This document shows, in pieces, positions 39,304-48,648 of a stretch of 59,059 bases of DNA (the stretch's first letter is position 1; every line of letters starts with the position of its first letter). The notes under the pieces are model-generated. The model saw only the letters and a list, made by a program, of their open reading frames with translations, did not search any database and was not told where the DNA came from. A program made the translations under genes and the position numbers. Source of the stretch: an uncultured Bdellovibrio sp. (GTDB taxonomy: Bacteria; Bdellovibrionota; Bdellovibrionia; Bdellovibrionales; Bdellovibrionaceae); assembly GCA_964505225.1 (NCBI GenBank), contig CAZDHC010000001.1, positions 1-59,059 of the forward strand, written 5' to 3'.

Positions 39304-41200
39304 AATCCTTTTCTAATTGATAAAAAGGATATTCGACATTGACCGGCCGACCGTGAGGACAAAAACAAGAAAGAGGAAACTCGTCCATGCTTTCCAACAA
39401 TGACTTCATTTCCTCTGGGCTTAAGGCTTGGCCGGCGCGAATCGCCGAATGACAGGCCATCGTCGCAATCAAGTCGCCAATTTTTCTTTCTAAAGAATGG
39501 CTTCCACCATTTTCCACAATCTCGTGAGCCATTTTTTCAAGAACACTGGTTAAGGCCGATTCTTTAATAATTAAAGGCGCAGCTTTGACACCCAAAGTTT
39601 CGGGCCCCAAAGCCTCGATTTCAATTCCAAGTTTTTCGATCTGAGCTTTTTCGGTTAACAAGGCCTCCACCTTTTCGGCGGACAAATCCACCGCCAATGG
39701 AAACAGAAACTCTTGAACTTCTATTTTCCCACCGCGCCAAGCCTTCATTAACTTTTCAAACATCACCCGCTCATGGGCCGCGTGCTGATCGACGATCACC
39801 ATCCCTTGAGAATTTTGAGTCAGAATGTAAGTGAGGTTGGCTTGACCAAGGACCTGGAGCGAAGACCAGTATCTGGAAGGGACCGAGGACTCTGTTATCA
39901 CCGCAGAAGACTCAACACCCCGATTTGCAATTGGCTGAGGCGGCGCTTGATAGGTTCGCATGGACTCCATCATGGACCAATTTTTTTGCGGATATTGAGT
40001 CTTTTGCAACTCTGCACTGTCAAAACTAAAATTCTGAGCCGGAGCCTGAGGCTCACTGAAGTAACCAAAGTCATTTGCCGCAGGCACTGGTGACCCTAAA
40101 TTTTGATTTCCTAAATTGTTTCCCAAATTATTGCTCAACCAGGGAGCCTTCTCTAAGGAATCTCGAAGACTGGCCTGAACCGCACGAAACGCCAAAGAGG
40201 CATCCACAAATTTCACCTGAGATTTGGTCGGATGAATATTGACGTCGATATTTTCTGGATTGGTTTCCACCCAAATCGCGGCAATTGGATACTCGCCATG
40301 CATCAGTAAATGACGATAGGCCTCCATAACGGCTGCCTGTAAACTTTTATCCTGAATCCAACGATTTTGAGCAAAAAACCAAATATCCCTGGCCGTCTTT
40401 TGGACGGTTTTTGGATCTGCAAAAACCGCGTAAGCACGAACCGAATTGGTATTTGAATCGCCACGCTCGGCGAAGCCCTCATATAAGTTTTCAACTTCTA
40501 AAATTTGCCGAGCCCGTTCAAGCCTAGTTTCACAAGCCGGCCACAAGTGAACGATATTGCCCTCTTGCAAAACCTTAAAGGTCACATTGGGATGTGAAAG
40601 TGCCATCGCCTTTAGGGTCGTTTTGATTCGACCGCCTTCGGCCGCCGCACTTTTCAAAAATTTAAGCCGCGCCGGCACATTGGTGAAAAGATCTTCGATC
40701 ACGATCGTGGTCCCTTGCGAACCACCGACTTTTTCAACTTCTGAGCGCTGGCCAAATTGACTGAAAAGTCTTGAAGCCTGTTCCATTTTTGAGGTCTTCG
40801 AAGTCAAAGTCAGCTTACTGACTGCCGCGATACTGGCCAAAGCTTCTCCCCGAAATCCAAAGCTGGTCAGGCGAAACAAATCACTAGATTTATTTATTTT
40901 ACTGGTGGCGTGACGGTCTAAGGCTTTAGCTAAATCTTCGGGACGAATTCCCGTTCCGTTATCAGAAACTTTGGCAAACCGGCCGCCTTCAGAAAATTCG
41001 ATGGTCACTTCAGTCGCCCCAGCATCCAAACTGTTCTCGACTAGCTCTTTGATCAAGTGAGCTGGACGCTCGACAACTTCGCCAGCAGCAATCTGATCTA
41101 CGACCTCACTGCTTAAAGTTTGGATAATCGCGGGCTCCAGTTTTGGGCTTGTCTGAACTGTTGAATTTTCTATCGATTTTTCAGTCATAAATTGGGTCAT
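39287..41200 (-). CDS. mutL: DNA mismatch repair protein MutL (endonuclease-type)
   Basis: The track ORF extends to 41449, but the first 83 codons overlap the divergent gene and are not MutL-like. ATG 41200 (or 41188) precedes the GHKL ATPase motifs (QIAAGEVVERPAHLIKELVENSLDAG). C-terminal DQHAAHERVMFEKL endonuclease motif. Confidence 0.88.
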   Translation of the reverse strand: MTQFMTEKSIENSTVQTSPKLEPAIIQTLSSEVVDQIAAGEVVERPAHLIKELVENSLDAGATEVTIEFSEGGRFAKVSDNGTGIRPEDLAKALDRHATSKINKSSDLFRLTSFGFRGEALASIAAVSKLTLTSKTSKMEQASRLFSQFGQRSEVEKVGGSQGTTIVIEDLFTNVPARLKFLKSAAAEGGRIKTTLKAMALSHPNVTFKVLQEGNIVHLWPACETRLERARQILEVENLYEGFAERGDSNTNSVRAYAVFADPKTVQKTARDIWFFAQNRWIQDKSLQAAVMEAYRHLLMHGEYPIAAIWVETNPENIDVNIHPTKSQVKFVDASLAFRAVQASLRDSLEKAPWLSNNLGNNLGNQNLGSPVPAANDFGYFSEPQAPAQNFSFDSAELQKTQYPQKNWSMMESMRTYQAPPQPIANRGVESSAVITESSVPSRYWSSLQVLGQANLTYILTQNSQGMVIVDQHAAHERVMFEKLMKAWRGGKIEVQEFLFPLAVDLSAEKVEALLTEKAQIEKLGIEIEALGPETLGVKAAPLIIKESALTSVLEKMAHEIVENGGSHSLERKIGDLIATMACHSAIRAGQALSPEEMKSLLESMDEFPLSCFCPHGRPVNVEYPFYQLEKDFGRIV

Positions 41201-41303
41201 TGTTTTGATCTGACAGAAGGCCTGCGCTTTGTCAAAAACCGAATGAAGCCAGCTGCTGAACCTAACTATTGACGGGCTGAGCCAAACCTCGAATAATATC
41301 GAG

Positions 41304-41861
41304 ATGTTAAAACTGCGCCCTTTCATTTCAAACTCTTCTAATTTGGCTATTACCGGCGAAGTGTTTATGGAGTCCGCAGATTCGATTGAAATCAACTTTT
41401 CATTTTCGAATTTCCAAAATGTCGTCGATTTACCAACCCAATCCCTCAACTGGAATTCACAACACGAAATTTCAAATTTCCGTAAAAATGACCTTTGGAA
41501 AACGACCTGCTTTGAGTGCTTTTTCAGCGATGATCAAGGCCGCACTTATACAGAAGTGAATGTGTCACCAATGAATGGCTGGAACATCTATCAATTCGAA
41601 GGTTACCGCACACCACAGCCACCAAACGAATCCCTAAAATGGACTTTGTCCAAAATGAACTACTCAAATACGGGATTGGTTTTTGAAGTGAAACGGTTAG
41701 AAAAAAAAGCTTCAATTTCAAAAAGTGAATTTCTGTTTTCACTGACCGCAGTGATCAATTGCGGACAAGACCACAATCAGTACTGGGCCACTCACCACGA
41801 GGCCGAACAACCGGATTTTCATCAAATTAAAAGCTTTAATATCAAAAGGACCTGGAAATGA
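41304..41861 (+). CDS. Hypothetical protein, possibly a CBM9/DOMON-like beta-sandwich
   Basis: 185 aa (alternative start ATG 41367). The pattern LWKTTCFECFFSDDQGRTYTEVNVSPMNGWNIYQFEGYR resembles CBM9-like domains. ATGA-coupled to the DUF1343 gene. Confidence 0.4.
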   Translation: MLKLRPFISNSSNLAITGEVFMESADSIEINFSFSNFQNVVDLPTQSLNWNSQHEISNFRKNDLWKTTCFECFFSDDQGRTYTEVNVSPMNGWNIYQFEGYRTPQPPNESLKWTLSKMNYSNTGLVFEVKRLEKKASISKSEFLFSLTAVINCGQDHNQYWATHHEAEQPDFHQIKSFNIKRTWK

Positions 41862-43063
41862 AACACACGAAAATAGGATTAGAAGTCTTATTGGCAGATA
41901 AAAAATTATTGAAATCTCTTAAAGGCAAAAAAGTTGGCTTGGTTTGCCACCCAGCAAGTGTGGATAAAAATCTAGAACATTCCTTAGATTTACTTTCAAA
42001 AAAGATTCAAATTTCTTGCTGCTTTGGTCCCCAACACGGGGTCAAAGGCGACAAGCAATACAACATGAAAGAGTCCGAAAATTTCATCGATCCAAAATAC
42101 AAAATTCCGATTTTTAGCCTGTACGGCGAAGTGCGAAGACCGACTGCTGAAATGATGAAACACTTTGATGTGTTACTTTTTGACTTACAAGATTTGGGCT
42201 GTCGCATTTACACTTTTGCGACAACTTTGCTTTATGTAATGGAAGAGTGTGCAAAACATCAAAAGCCATTTTGGGTTTTAGATCGCCCCAATCCGGCTGG
42301 CCGCCCAGTGGAAGGCTTCGCTCTTGAAATGGGCTGGGAGTCTTTTGTTGGCGCAGCTCCGATCCCAATGCGCCATGGACTGACTTTGGGCGAATTGGCA
42401 TTGTATTACAAACACCGTTTTGCTTTGGATACGGATTTAAAAGTTATTAAAATGACTGGCTACCAACCTAAATCTAAAAATGGTTACGGCTGGCCAAACG
42501 ATCGCGCCTGGATCAATCCTTCGCCCAACGCTGCCAACCTCAATATGGCAAGAAGCTATTCGGGAACGGTTTTGCTTGAAGGCACAAATTTGACGGAAGG
42601 TCGAGGCACCACTCGCCCACTTGAATTGGTCGCAGCTCCTGATATTGATTTTCAAAAAATTCTGACGGATCTAAAAAAACGAGCACCCAATTGGATCAAA
42701 GGTGTCGTTTTAAGAGAGACTTTTATTGAACCTACATTTTACAAACACCAAGGCGTGCTTTGCCAAGGTATCCAATTTCACACGGATTTACCTCAATACA
42801 AACCTGATCAGTTCAAACCATTCCGTATCACGGCTTTGATCTTAAAATTAATTTTAGAGCAAAAGCCAAAATACCCATTGTTTCGCGATTTTGCCTATGA
42901 ATACGTTTGGGATAAGCTCGCATTTAATGTGATCAATGGCGGACCAAAATTAAAGGCTTGGATCGAAAACCCCAAAGCGACAGTTAAAGAACTAGAGCAA
43001 GCCTTACAAATTGATGAAAAAAAATGGCTGAAAGAGCGCCAAAAGTACTTACTTTACAAATAG
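41858..43063 (+). CDS. DUF1343-family protein (NamZ-like exo-beta-N-acetylmuramidase family)
   Basis: 401 aa. GLVCHPASV...FGPQHG...DLQDLGCRIYTF...NPSPN pattern typical of DUF1343. Confidence 0.7.
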   Translation: MKHTKIGLEVLLADKKLLKSLKGKKVGLVCHPASVDKNLEHSLDLLSKKIQISCCFGPQHGVKGDKQYNMKESENFIDPKYKIPIFSLYGEVRRPTAEMMKHFDVLLFDLQDLGCRIYTFATTLLYVMEECAKHQKPFWVLDRPNPAGRPVEGFALEMGWESFVGAAPIPMRHGLTLGELALYYKHRFALDTDLKVIKMTGYQPKSKNGYGWPNDRAWINPSPNAANLNMARSYSGTVLLEGTNLTEGRGTTRPLELVAAPDIDFQKILTDLKKRAPNWIKGVVLRETFIEPTFYKHQGVLCQGIQFHTDLPQYKPDQFKPFRITALILKLILEQKPKYPLFRDFAYEYVWDKLAFNVINGGPKLKAWIENPKATVKELEQALQIDEKKWLKERQKYLLYK

Positions 43064-43100
43064 ATTGACGGGCTGGTTTGCCAGATAGTAACTGGCAGCC

Positions 43101-43646
43101 ATGAAACAGACTGAAATTTTAAAAGTATTTGGTAAAACATTTGGCATTGAATTTGGAACCAAAGATCTTGCTTTGGTGAACAAGGCTTTAAAAGAAAAAT
43201 TGAAAGACAAAATCAAATTTAAACTGATGGGCAAAAACCTTGGCTACCTTGGTTTTACAGTTGTAATCAAAGCTGTGACCAATGAAGGTCTTAAAATTTT
43301 TGATACCAACCGAGTTCGCTTGATTCGCTTTGAAGACATCGACACTTTTGAAAAAGCCAAACCCAAAGTCGCTCGTCCGGTTTACGACAAACCAAAGCCA
43401 GTCAAGAAAAAGCCAAAAGTCGCAAAAAAATCTTTTAGCAAATCAGCTGATCATGATGACGACGATGAAGAATTTGATGACGACTGGGATGAAGACGATC
43501 TGGATGATGACGAATTATCTGACGAAGACTTCAGTGACGGCCAAGAGTTCAATATTCAACACGACGACAAAGATGAGGAATTCGATCCTCCGGTGAAAAA
43601 AAATCGCCGTAAGAAAAAAGAAGGCGGCTTTATCCCTAAGAAGTAA
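43101..43646 (+). CDS. Hypothetical protein with a basic / poly-acidic / basic C-terminal half
   Basis: 181 aa. An N-terminal segment of about 85 aa with ordinary sequence complexity, then KPKPVKKKPKVAKK, DHDDDDEEFDDDWDEDDLDDDELSDEDF and KKNRRKKKEGG. Confidence 0.5.
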   Translation: MKQTEILKVFGKTFGIEFGTKDLALVNKALKEKLKDKIKFKLMGKNLGYLGFTVVIKAVTNEGLKIFDTNRVRLIRFEDIDTFEKAKPKVARPVYDKPKPVKKKPKVAKKSFSKSADHDDDDEEFDDDWDEDDLDDDELSDEDFSDGQEFNIQHDDKDEEFDPPVKKNRRKKKEGGFIPKK

Positions 43647-43652
43647 TTAACT

Positions 43653-45107
43653 TCAGATTAACTTTACAGGATACTTTGCCCCTTTGATTTTTCCCTCTCT
43701 TAAGCTCGCCAAGGCCTTATTCACAGCGGGCGTTGCCACCGCGACAAATGAAAATCGATCATGAACTTCGATCTTTCCGACTTCAGTTCCTTTTAAACCA
43801 CCAGATTTGCCCGTCAAGGCTCCGACGATGTCGCCAGGTCTAAGTTTGTCCTTGCGACCACCCGAGACTAAGATTGTTTTCATCAAGGACTCGCGAAGCT
43901 TGGGCGCCAATCCGTGTTGATTTTTAAATCCCAAATTTCCTGCCGTAATTTTTTGCCCGGTAAATTTCTCAAGCTCATGAAGCTTCAAAACGTCTTCACG
44001 AGGTGACAAAACAACGGCTGTCCCCGTTTTTCCTGCCCGGCCGGTTCGACCAATACGATGAACGTAGGTGTCGAATTGCAAAGGGAAATCGTAGTTAACG
44101 ACCAGCTCTAAATTTTCAATATCAAGGCCACGGGCTGCGACGTCAGTTGCCACTAGCACTCGCAAACTGCCATTGCGAAACATGGCCATAACACGGTCTC
44201 GATCCCGCTGTTCGAGATCGCCATGAAGACTAGCGCAGCTCGCATTTTGCTCGAGCATAGCTTCTGTGATTTCATTGACTGTCGATTTCATATTGCAAAA
44301 CACCATCACGGACTCGGCCGGATGTTGCTGCAGCACTCGAAACAACAAACCTAACTTGTCATTTCTTGGGCCGAAAGTTGAATCACCTGGATGAATCTCA
44401 TAAGAAAATTGTTCAATCATCGGCGCGATGGACTGATCTTCATCAATTTTAATTTGCACTGGTTTCTTTTGATATTTCCGACTTAATGCTTGAATCGAAT
44501 CTGGAAAAGTTGCCGAGAAAAATATGGTCTGCCGTTCCCGGTTGACCTCTTTCATGATCGCGCCAATTTCTTGCTCAAAGCCCATTTCTAACATCTTGTC
44601 GGCCTCGTCCATGACCAAAACTTGCACGGACATCAAATCAAGACCTCGGCGTTGCATTAGATCTAATATTCGACCAGGGGTTCCCACGGCAATGTGAACG
44701 CCCTTTTCGATTTCCTGAAACTGTTCTCGGCCCGTGGCCCCGCCACCCGTGAGCTGCAGAACTTTAAGGCCATTGTAACGCCTGCCAAGTTTTCGAATTT
44801 CGCCGACCACTTGAGTTGCCAATTCCCGAGTGGGAGTCAAAACCAAAGCTTGCAAAAAATCTTCGTCTAAAATGATGCGATTCAAAATTGGCAAAGCAAA
44901 GGCTGCGGTTTTTCCACTGCCTGTTTTGGATTGGCCAATTAGATCTTGTCCCAACAAAAGATGTGGCAAACTTTGCTCTTGAATTGGCGTCATTTCAGTA
45001 AAACTGAGCTCTTCTAGAGTCTTTAAAATTTCCTCAGGCAGCTCTAATGAAGAAAATGGTTTTGCAGATGTCGATTGCTCGTTTGAAGATGAATTTTCGC
45101 TGGTCAT
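43653..45107 (-). CDS. dbpA: ATP-dependent DEAD-box RNA helicase, DbpA type
   Basis: 484 aa. Q-motif, GSGKTAAF, DEAD, SAT, HRIGRTGRAG, plus a C-terminal DbpA RNA-binding domain (GGRKDKLRPGDIVGAL). Confidence 0.88.
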   Translation of the reverse strand: MTSENSSSNEQSTSAKPFSSLELPEEILKTLEELSFTEMTPIQEQSLPHLLLGQDLIGQSKTGSGKTAAFALPILNRIILDEDFLQALVLTPTRELATQVVGEIRKLGRRYNGLKVLQLTGGGATGREQFQEIEKGVHIAVGTPGRILDLMQRRGLDLMSVQVLVMDEADKMLEMGFEQEIGAIMKEVNRERQTIFFSATFPDSIQALSRKYQKKPVQIKIDEDQSIAPMIEQFSYEIHPGDSTFGPRNDKLGLLFRVLQQHPAESVMVFCNMKSTVNEITEAMLEQNASCASLHGDLEQRDRDRVMAMFRNGSLRVLVATDVAARGLDIENLELVVNYDFPLQFDTYVHRIGRTGRAGKTGTAVVLSPREDVLKLHELEKFTGQKITAGNLGFKNQHGLAPKLRESLMKTILVSGGRKDKLRPGDIVGALTGKSGGLKGTEVGKIEVHDRFSFVAVATPAVNKALASLREGKIKGAKYPVKLI

Positions 45108-45144
45108 TTAATGATTCTTTCTTTTCTAAAAAGGCCACAAACTA

Positions 45145-46032
45145 TTAGAAAGGAAATTGCACAGCAGCCGTAAATCCACTGTAGGTTTGTTTTTCCCAAA
45201 AGTATTGATAATCCACTCGCACCGCAGTTGTTCCAATTCGCAAAGCCAATCCTAAGTCAAAAGACATTCCGACCGAAATGTCCTCGAGCGAGTATGGTTG
45301 ATACTTTGAAGTCGTGGTGTCCAATAGCTCCACATCAAATTTTGAATATTTCATCATCGGACCAAAACCAAAATAAGTGAGAACATTTTTTCCTTGAGGC
45401 CAATAAGTCTGAAATAGAATATCTCCTAAAAACATAAATCCCGAAGCGGATCGTCCTGTTGATTTCGAGTAGTACGAAGGAGCGCCCGAGTAATAAATCA
45501 AGTTCACATCAATGGGCATCAAGCCTTCCATCAAAGTGTTGGGGCCCGAAATTTTGATTCCAAAAGAATTTAAATTCTCGTGAGGCTTACCGCCCAAAGT
45601 TTCTTCGCGGTAGTCGATCACCGCATATTGCGGCCCAACGAATCGGGTGTATTCAAAACTTCGCTTTTTACCTGACCCTTTGGCTGAATTTTTTGATTTT
45701 TTTGATTTTTTGTTCTTAATCTTGTTTTCATTTGGAGGCAGACTTTCACCTGCTTTAAACAACGGCTTCACGTCGGCGTCTGAAACATAGCCAGTCACCC
45801 CAGGTTTGATTCGGATTTTATAAAAACCATTGACCGTCGTTTTTGAAATATCAAAAACTTGTTCCGCCTGAACAGTTCCTAAAACATTGGAGTCGAAGTT
45901 GGACTTTTCATAAACTTGAACTTCGTCATCCATGATTTGCCCTTGGTAGGGATATGTGTTTTTACTTTGGGCAAAAGCACATCCCACAATCAAAAACAAA
46001 AATGAAAAAACCAACACTTGGATTTTCAACAT
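45145..46032 (-). CDS. Putative outer-membrane protein: SH3b-like domain, Lys-rich linker, beta-barrel
   Basis: 295 aa with a signal peptide. An SH3_3-like segment (VQVYEKSNFDSNVLGTVQAEQVFDI...GFYKIRI...GYVSDADV). KNKKSKKSKNSAKGSGKKRS linker. C-terminus ...AAVQFPF. Confidence 0.5.
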   Translation of the reverse strand: MLKIQVLVFSFLFLIVGCAFAQSKNTYPYQGQIMDDEVQVYEKSNFDSNVLGTVQAEQVFDISKTTVNGFYKIRIKPGVTGYVSDADVKPLFKAGESLPPNENKIKNKKSKKSKNSAKGSGKKRSFEYTRFVGPQYAVIDYREETLGGKPHENLNSFGIKISGPNTLMEGLMPIDVNLIYYSGAPSYYSKSTGRSASGFMFLGDILFQTYWPQGKNVLTYFGFGPMMKYSKFDVELLDTTTSKYQPYSLEDISVGMSFDLGLALRIGTTAVRVDYQYFWEKQTYSGFTAAVQFPF

Positions 46033-46034
46033 CT

Positions 46035-46742
46035 TCAGCCGAACCTCATAAACCAGACACGGTACAAGGCCTCAAGGACAATACTTGAAGACATTTTACT
46101 TTGCCCCACTCGGCGGTCTTCAAAAATAATCGGTGATTCAACGCCTTTGCAGCCAGCCTTTAAAGCTCGATACTTGAGCTCAATTTGAAAGCTATAACCG
46201 TTCGACTTCACATCATCCAAATGGATTTTCCTTAAGGTCTCGGCCTTCCAAGCATTAAAGCCACCGGTCCAATCATTTAAAGGAAATCCTAAAATCAGTC
46301 GTGAATAAATACCGCCACCGCGGGAAATTATTTTTCTGATAATCCCCCAATTGACAGTGCCGCCACCATCGACGTACCTAGAGCCCACCGAGAAATCAGC
46401 GTTTTCGAGAGACTTCACTAGCGGAATTAAATCCACCGGCCGATGAGAAAAATCAGCATCCATTTCAACGGCAGCATCAAAGCCCCGTCCCAAAGCCCAT
46501 TGAAAACCGGCGATGTATGCTCGGCCAAGGCCTTCCTTGCCAGCGCGGGAAAGTAAATGCAGTCGCCCGTTGTTTTTTTGCATTTCTTGAACAACTTGAG
46601 CCGTGCCATCTGGCGAATTATCGTCAATGACCAAAACTTCAATGCTTAAATTGTCAGGGATTGTTTGCTCAAAGACAGCCGTGACTATTTGAGCAATATT
46701 TTCTTTTTCATTATAGGTCGGGATACACACTAAAATCTTCAT
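46035..46742 (-). CDS. GT2-family polyprenol-phosphate mannosyl/glycosyl transferase
   Basis: 235 aa. MKILVCIPTYNEKENI, DDNSPDGT and DADFSH motifs. Confidence 0.8.
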   Translation of the reverse strand: MKILVCIPTYNEKENIAQIVTAVFEQTIPDNLSIEVLVIDDNSPDGTAQVVQEMQKNNGRLHLLSRAGKEGLGRAYIAGFQWALGRGFDAAVEMDADFSHRPVDLIPLVKSLENADFSVGSRYVDGGGTVNWGIIRKIISRGGGIYSRLILGFPLNDWTGGFNAWKAETLRKIHLDDVKSNGYSFQIELKYRALKAGCKGVESPIIFEDRRVGQSKMSSSIVLEALYRVWFMRFG

Positions 46743-46762
46743 AACTGAGGGCGAATATAACC

Positions 46763-47212
46763 CTAAATTTGACGACTGACTAGTGATCCTTTTTGCCCAG
46801 ATTGAGCTTTTTCGATCAATTCGGCTTTTTGCTTGGAAATTGTCGGCAAATTAAGCGGTTTCGAAAGCAAAGTGGCCGGATTGTTTTTACGCTTGTCCAA
46901 TTTGATCTTAACCTTTTCTGCCGCCTTGACCGAGTCCTTCACATATAAAACCGGATCAAAACCGCACAAGGGACATTCGATCGTTAATCTCCATCTGACT
47001 TGAACAAATACTTCGGCGATTGCCAAAAAGAAAACAAATATTAAAGACACCCTTGGATCAAATTGCTGCCATATCACCATCATCACCGCCCCGGCCCCAA
47101 GAGCTGCACCCAAAATATCGCTGACCGAAATATTTCGCTTCGTATAAACCTTGCGCTCAGTCCGACAAAAGGCACAGTAACAGTCTTTGCGAGATGTAAA
47201 AAAAACAGCCAT
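46763..47212 (-). CDS. Hypothetical membrane protein with split CxxC pairs
   Basis: 149 aa. CYCAFC...two TM helices...CPLCG. Basic C-terminal tail. Confidence 0.5.
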   Translation of the reverse strand: MAVFFTSRKDCYCAFCRTERKVYTKRNISVSDILGAALGAGAVMMVIWQQFDPRVSLIFVFFLAIAEVFVQVRWRLTIECPLCGFDPVLYVKDSVKAAEKVKIKLDKRKNNPATLLSKPLNLPTISKQKAELIEKAQSGQKGSLVSRQI

Positions 47213-47290
47213 GTCTTATTATTGCAAAAAATTGGTCCAGTCGGAAAGGGCTGGTTTTGTGAAACTGGATTATTTTGTTATGATATTTGT

Positions 47291-47971
47291 ATGAAAACTT
47301 CAAATATCCTATTTTCACTAGTCGCAACCATCTTAATGTCCACAACCTTGGTCCAGTCAGCTGTTGCTGCCACTGACTATGAAGAAGTGAGCTACGACGA
47401 TTTGGTCAATCAGCTTCACGAAAAAAAGAACTCCTACAGATTCGAAGGCAACGACCCTTTTCAGCAAAATAAAATTCACGTTGGATTTGGATTGCTCACC
47501 TCAATGACTAACACCGAATACGACGGCGGAAAATCCATGAAATATCAGAATGGATTTCAGCTTTCACTGGGAATTGATTTGTTTTCGCCGATTTGGGCCG
47601 CAGAAGGAAATTTAAGAAATTTTGGCCAAGCGCATTCAGGAACCGAAACCAGATCGCTTCGCGAATTTGCATTGAAGCTGATGCATCGAGATCGATTTAA
47701 CGGAGCTCGCGACAGTCTGAACGGCGGCGGAAGCTTGGGATATCGCGCGGGCTTCGGAGTCGGCAATCGTTATTTACGAATTTCTGACGACATCAATGGA
47801 TTGGTGGTCAATGACAATACCCCGGCGATGGTTTTCTTTGGCGGCTTAGATGCCTATGCGAGCAAAAACTTTAGCATTGGAATTGAAACAGATTACCACG
47901 CATCGCTTGTTGGCAACACCGCCGACAAAGGCGCATTAGACTTCACCTTCCGCTTGGACACCTACTTTTAA
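47291..47971 (+). CDS. Putative small outer-membrane beta-barrel protein
   Basis: The track ORF 47063 overlaps the divergent gene. ATG 47291 gives the signal peptide MKTSNILFSLVATILMSTTLVQSAVAA. Alternating pattern and a C-terminal ...RLDTYF. Confidence 0.55.
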   Translation: MKTSNILFSLVATILMSTTLVQSAVAATDYEEVSYDDLVNQLHEKKNSYRFEGNDPFQQNKIHVGFGLLTSMTNTEYDGGKSMKYQNGFQLSLGIDLFSPIWAAEGNLRNFGQAHSGTETRSLREFALKLMHRDRFNGARDSLNGGGSLGYRAGFGVGNRYLRISDDINGLVVNDNTPAMVFFGGLDAYASKNFSIGIETDYHASLVGNTADKGALDFTFRLDTYF

Positions 47972-48648
47972 TGTTCGCTGGATTATTGATAGCCATTGCG
48001 ATCTTAAGCGCGGCAGTTCTTCACAACTACCTCCGGTCTCGCATTCATTCATTTGAAGACCTATCCCCAAACAGATTGATGACAAGGTATCCATTGGTCT
48101 TTGTCACCGGAAAAAGAAGTCTGTTCTATTTTCTTTCTTACTGGAACAAGATACCCGATTTTTTAGCTTCTTATGGTTATGAAGTCTACACGTTGCCCAC
48201 CCCTTGGCGAAAAAATCAAAAGGATTTTCTATTCAAATTTCTGACTCGGCAAAGTGAAAAAAATCAACCGATCCATTTGGTTTTTGACGAGTCGATTGAA
48301 ACCGAAATCACAGAACTTTTGGAGGAGCATTTCTTTCCGGCCCTGCAATCAGCCACTAAATTTACAGTTGCAAATCAGGCACGCCCCCAAAACTTAACTT
48401 CACCTTTGCGCTCAAGAACTAAAATTCCGATCGAAGAATTAGAGCTACCAATAGAGTCAAAGGTGGCCAAGCCACTTTTTTGGCGACTCCATTTGCTTGC
48501 ATCCCAACAGCCCGCTTGGATTTCACTGCAGTCTTTAGGAATTGAGTTGTTCGAAAAAACAAAAGGTCGCATCCTCGATAGGTGTCAGTTTTTGGCCGAG
48601 AAAGACTTGCTTCAAGGTCAACGTTCGAATGAATTGATTTTGAAATGA
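47971..48648 (+). CDS. Membrane-anchored lipase/alpha-beta-hydrolase-like protein lacking a recognisable GxSxG
   Basis: 225 aa with an N-terminal TM segment. YPLVFVTGKRSLFYF...YWNKIPDFLASYGYEVY resembles the lipase class-2 N-terminus. The expected nucleophile elbow reads IHLVFDESIE. TAATG-coupled upstream and ATGA-coupled downstream. Confidence 0.4.
   Translation: MFAGLLIAIAILSAAVLHNYLRSRIHSFEDLSPNRLMTRYPLVFVTGKRSLFYFLSYWNKIPDFLASYGYEVYTLPTPWRKNQKDFLFKFLTRQSEKNQPIHLVFDESIETEITELLEEHFFPALQSATKFTVANQARPQNLTSPLRSRTKIPIEELELPIESKVAKPLFWRLHLLASQQPAWISLQSLGIELFEKTKGRILDRCQFLAEKDLLQGQRSNELILK
48606..48630 (+). repeat. 25-bp direct repeat, copy 1 (inside the 3' end of the 47971 gene)
   Basis: CTTGCTTCAAGGTCAACGTTCGAAT matches 49415-49439 at 24 of 25 positions. 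Confidence 0.85.

Noticed and set aside
41201-41449. N-terminal 83-codon extension of the mutL ORF (MRDWVGKSTTFWKF...)
   Set aside because: The extension overlaps the divergent 41304 gene and is not MutL-like. The conserved GHKL N-terminus begins shortly after Met at 41200/41188.
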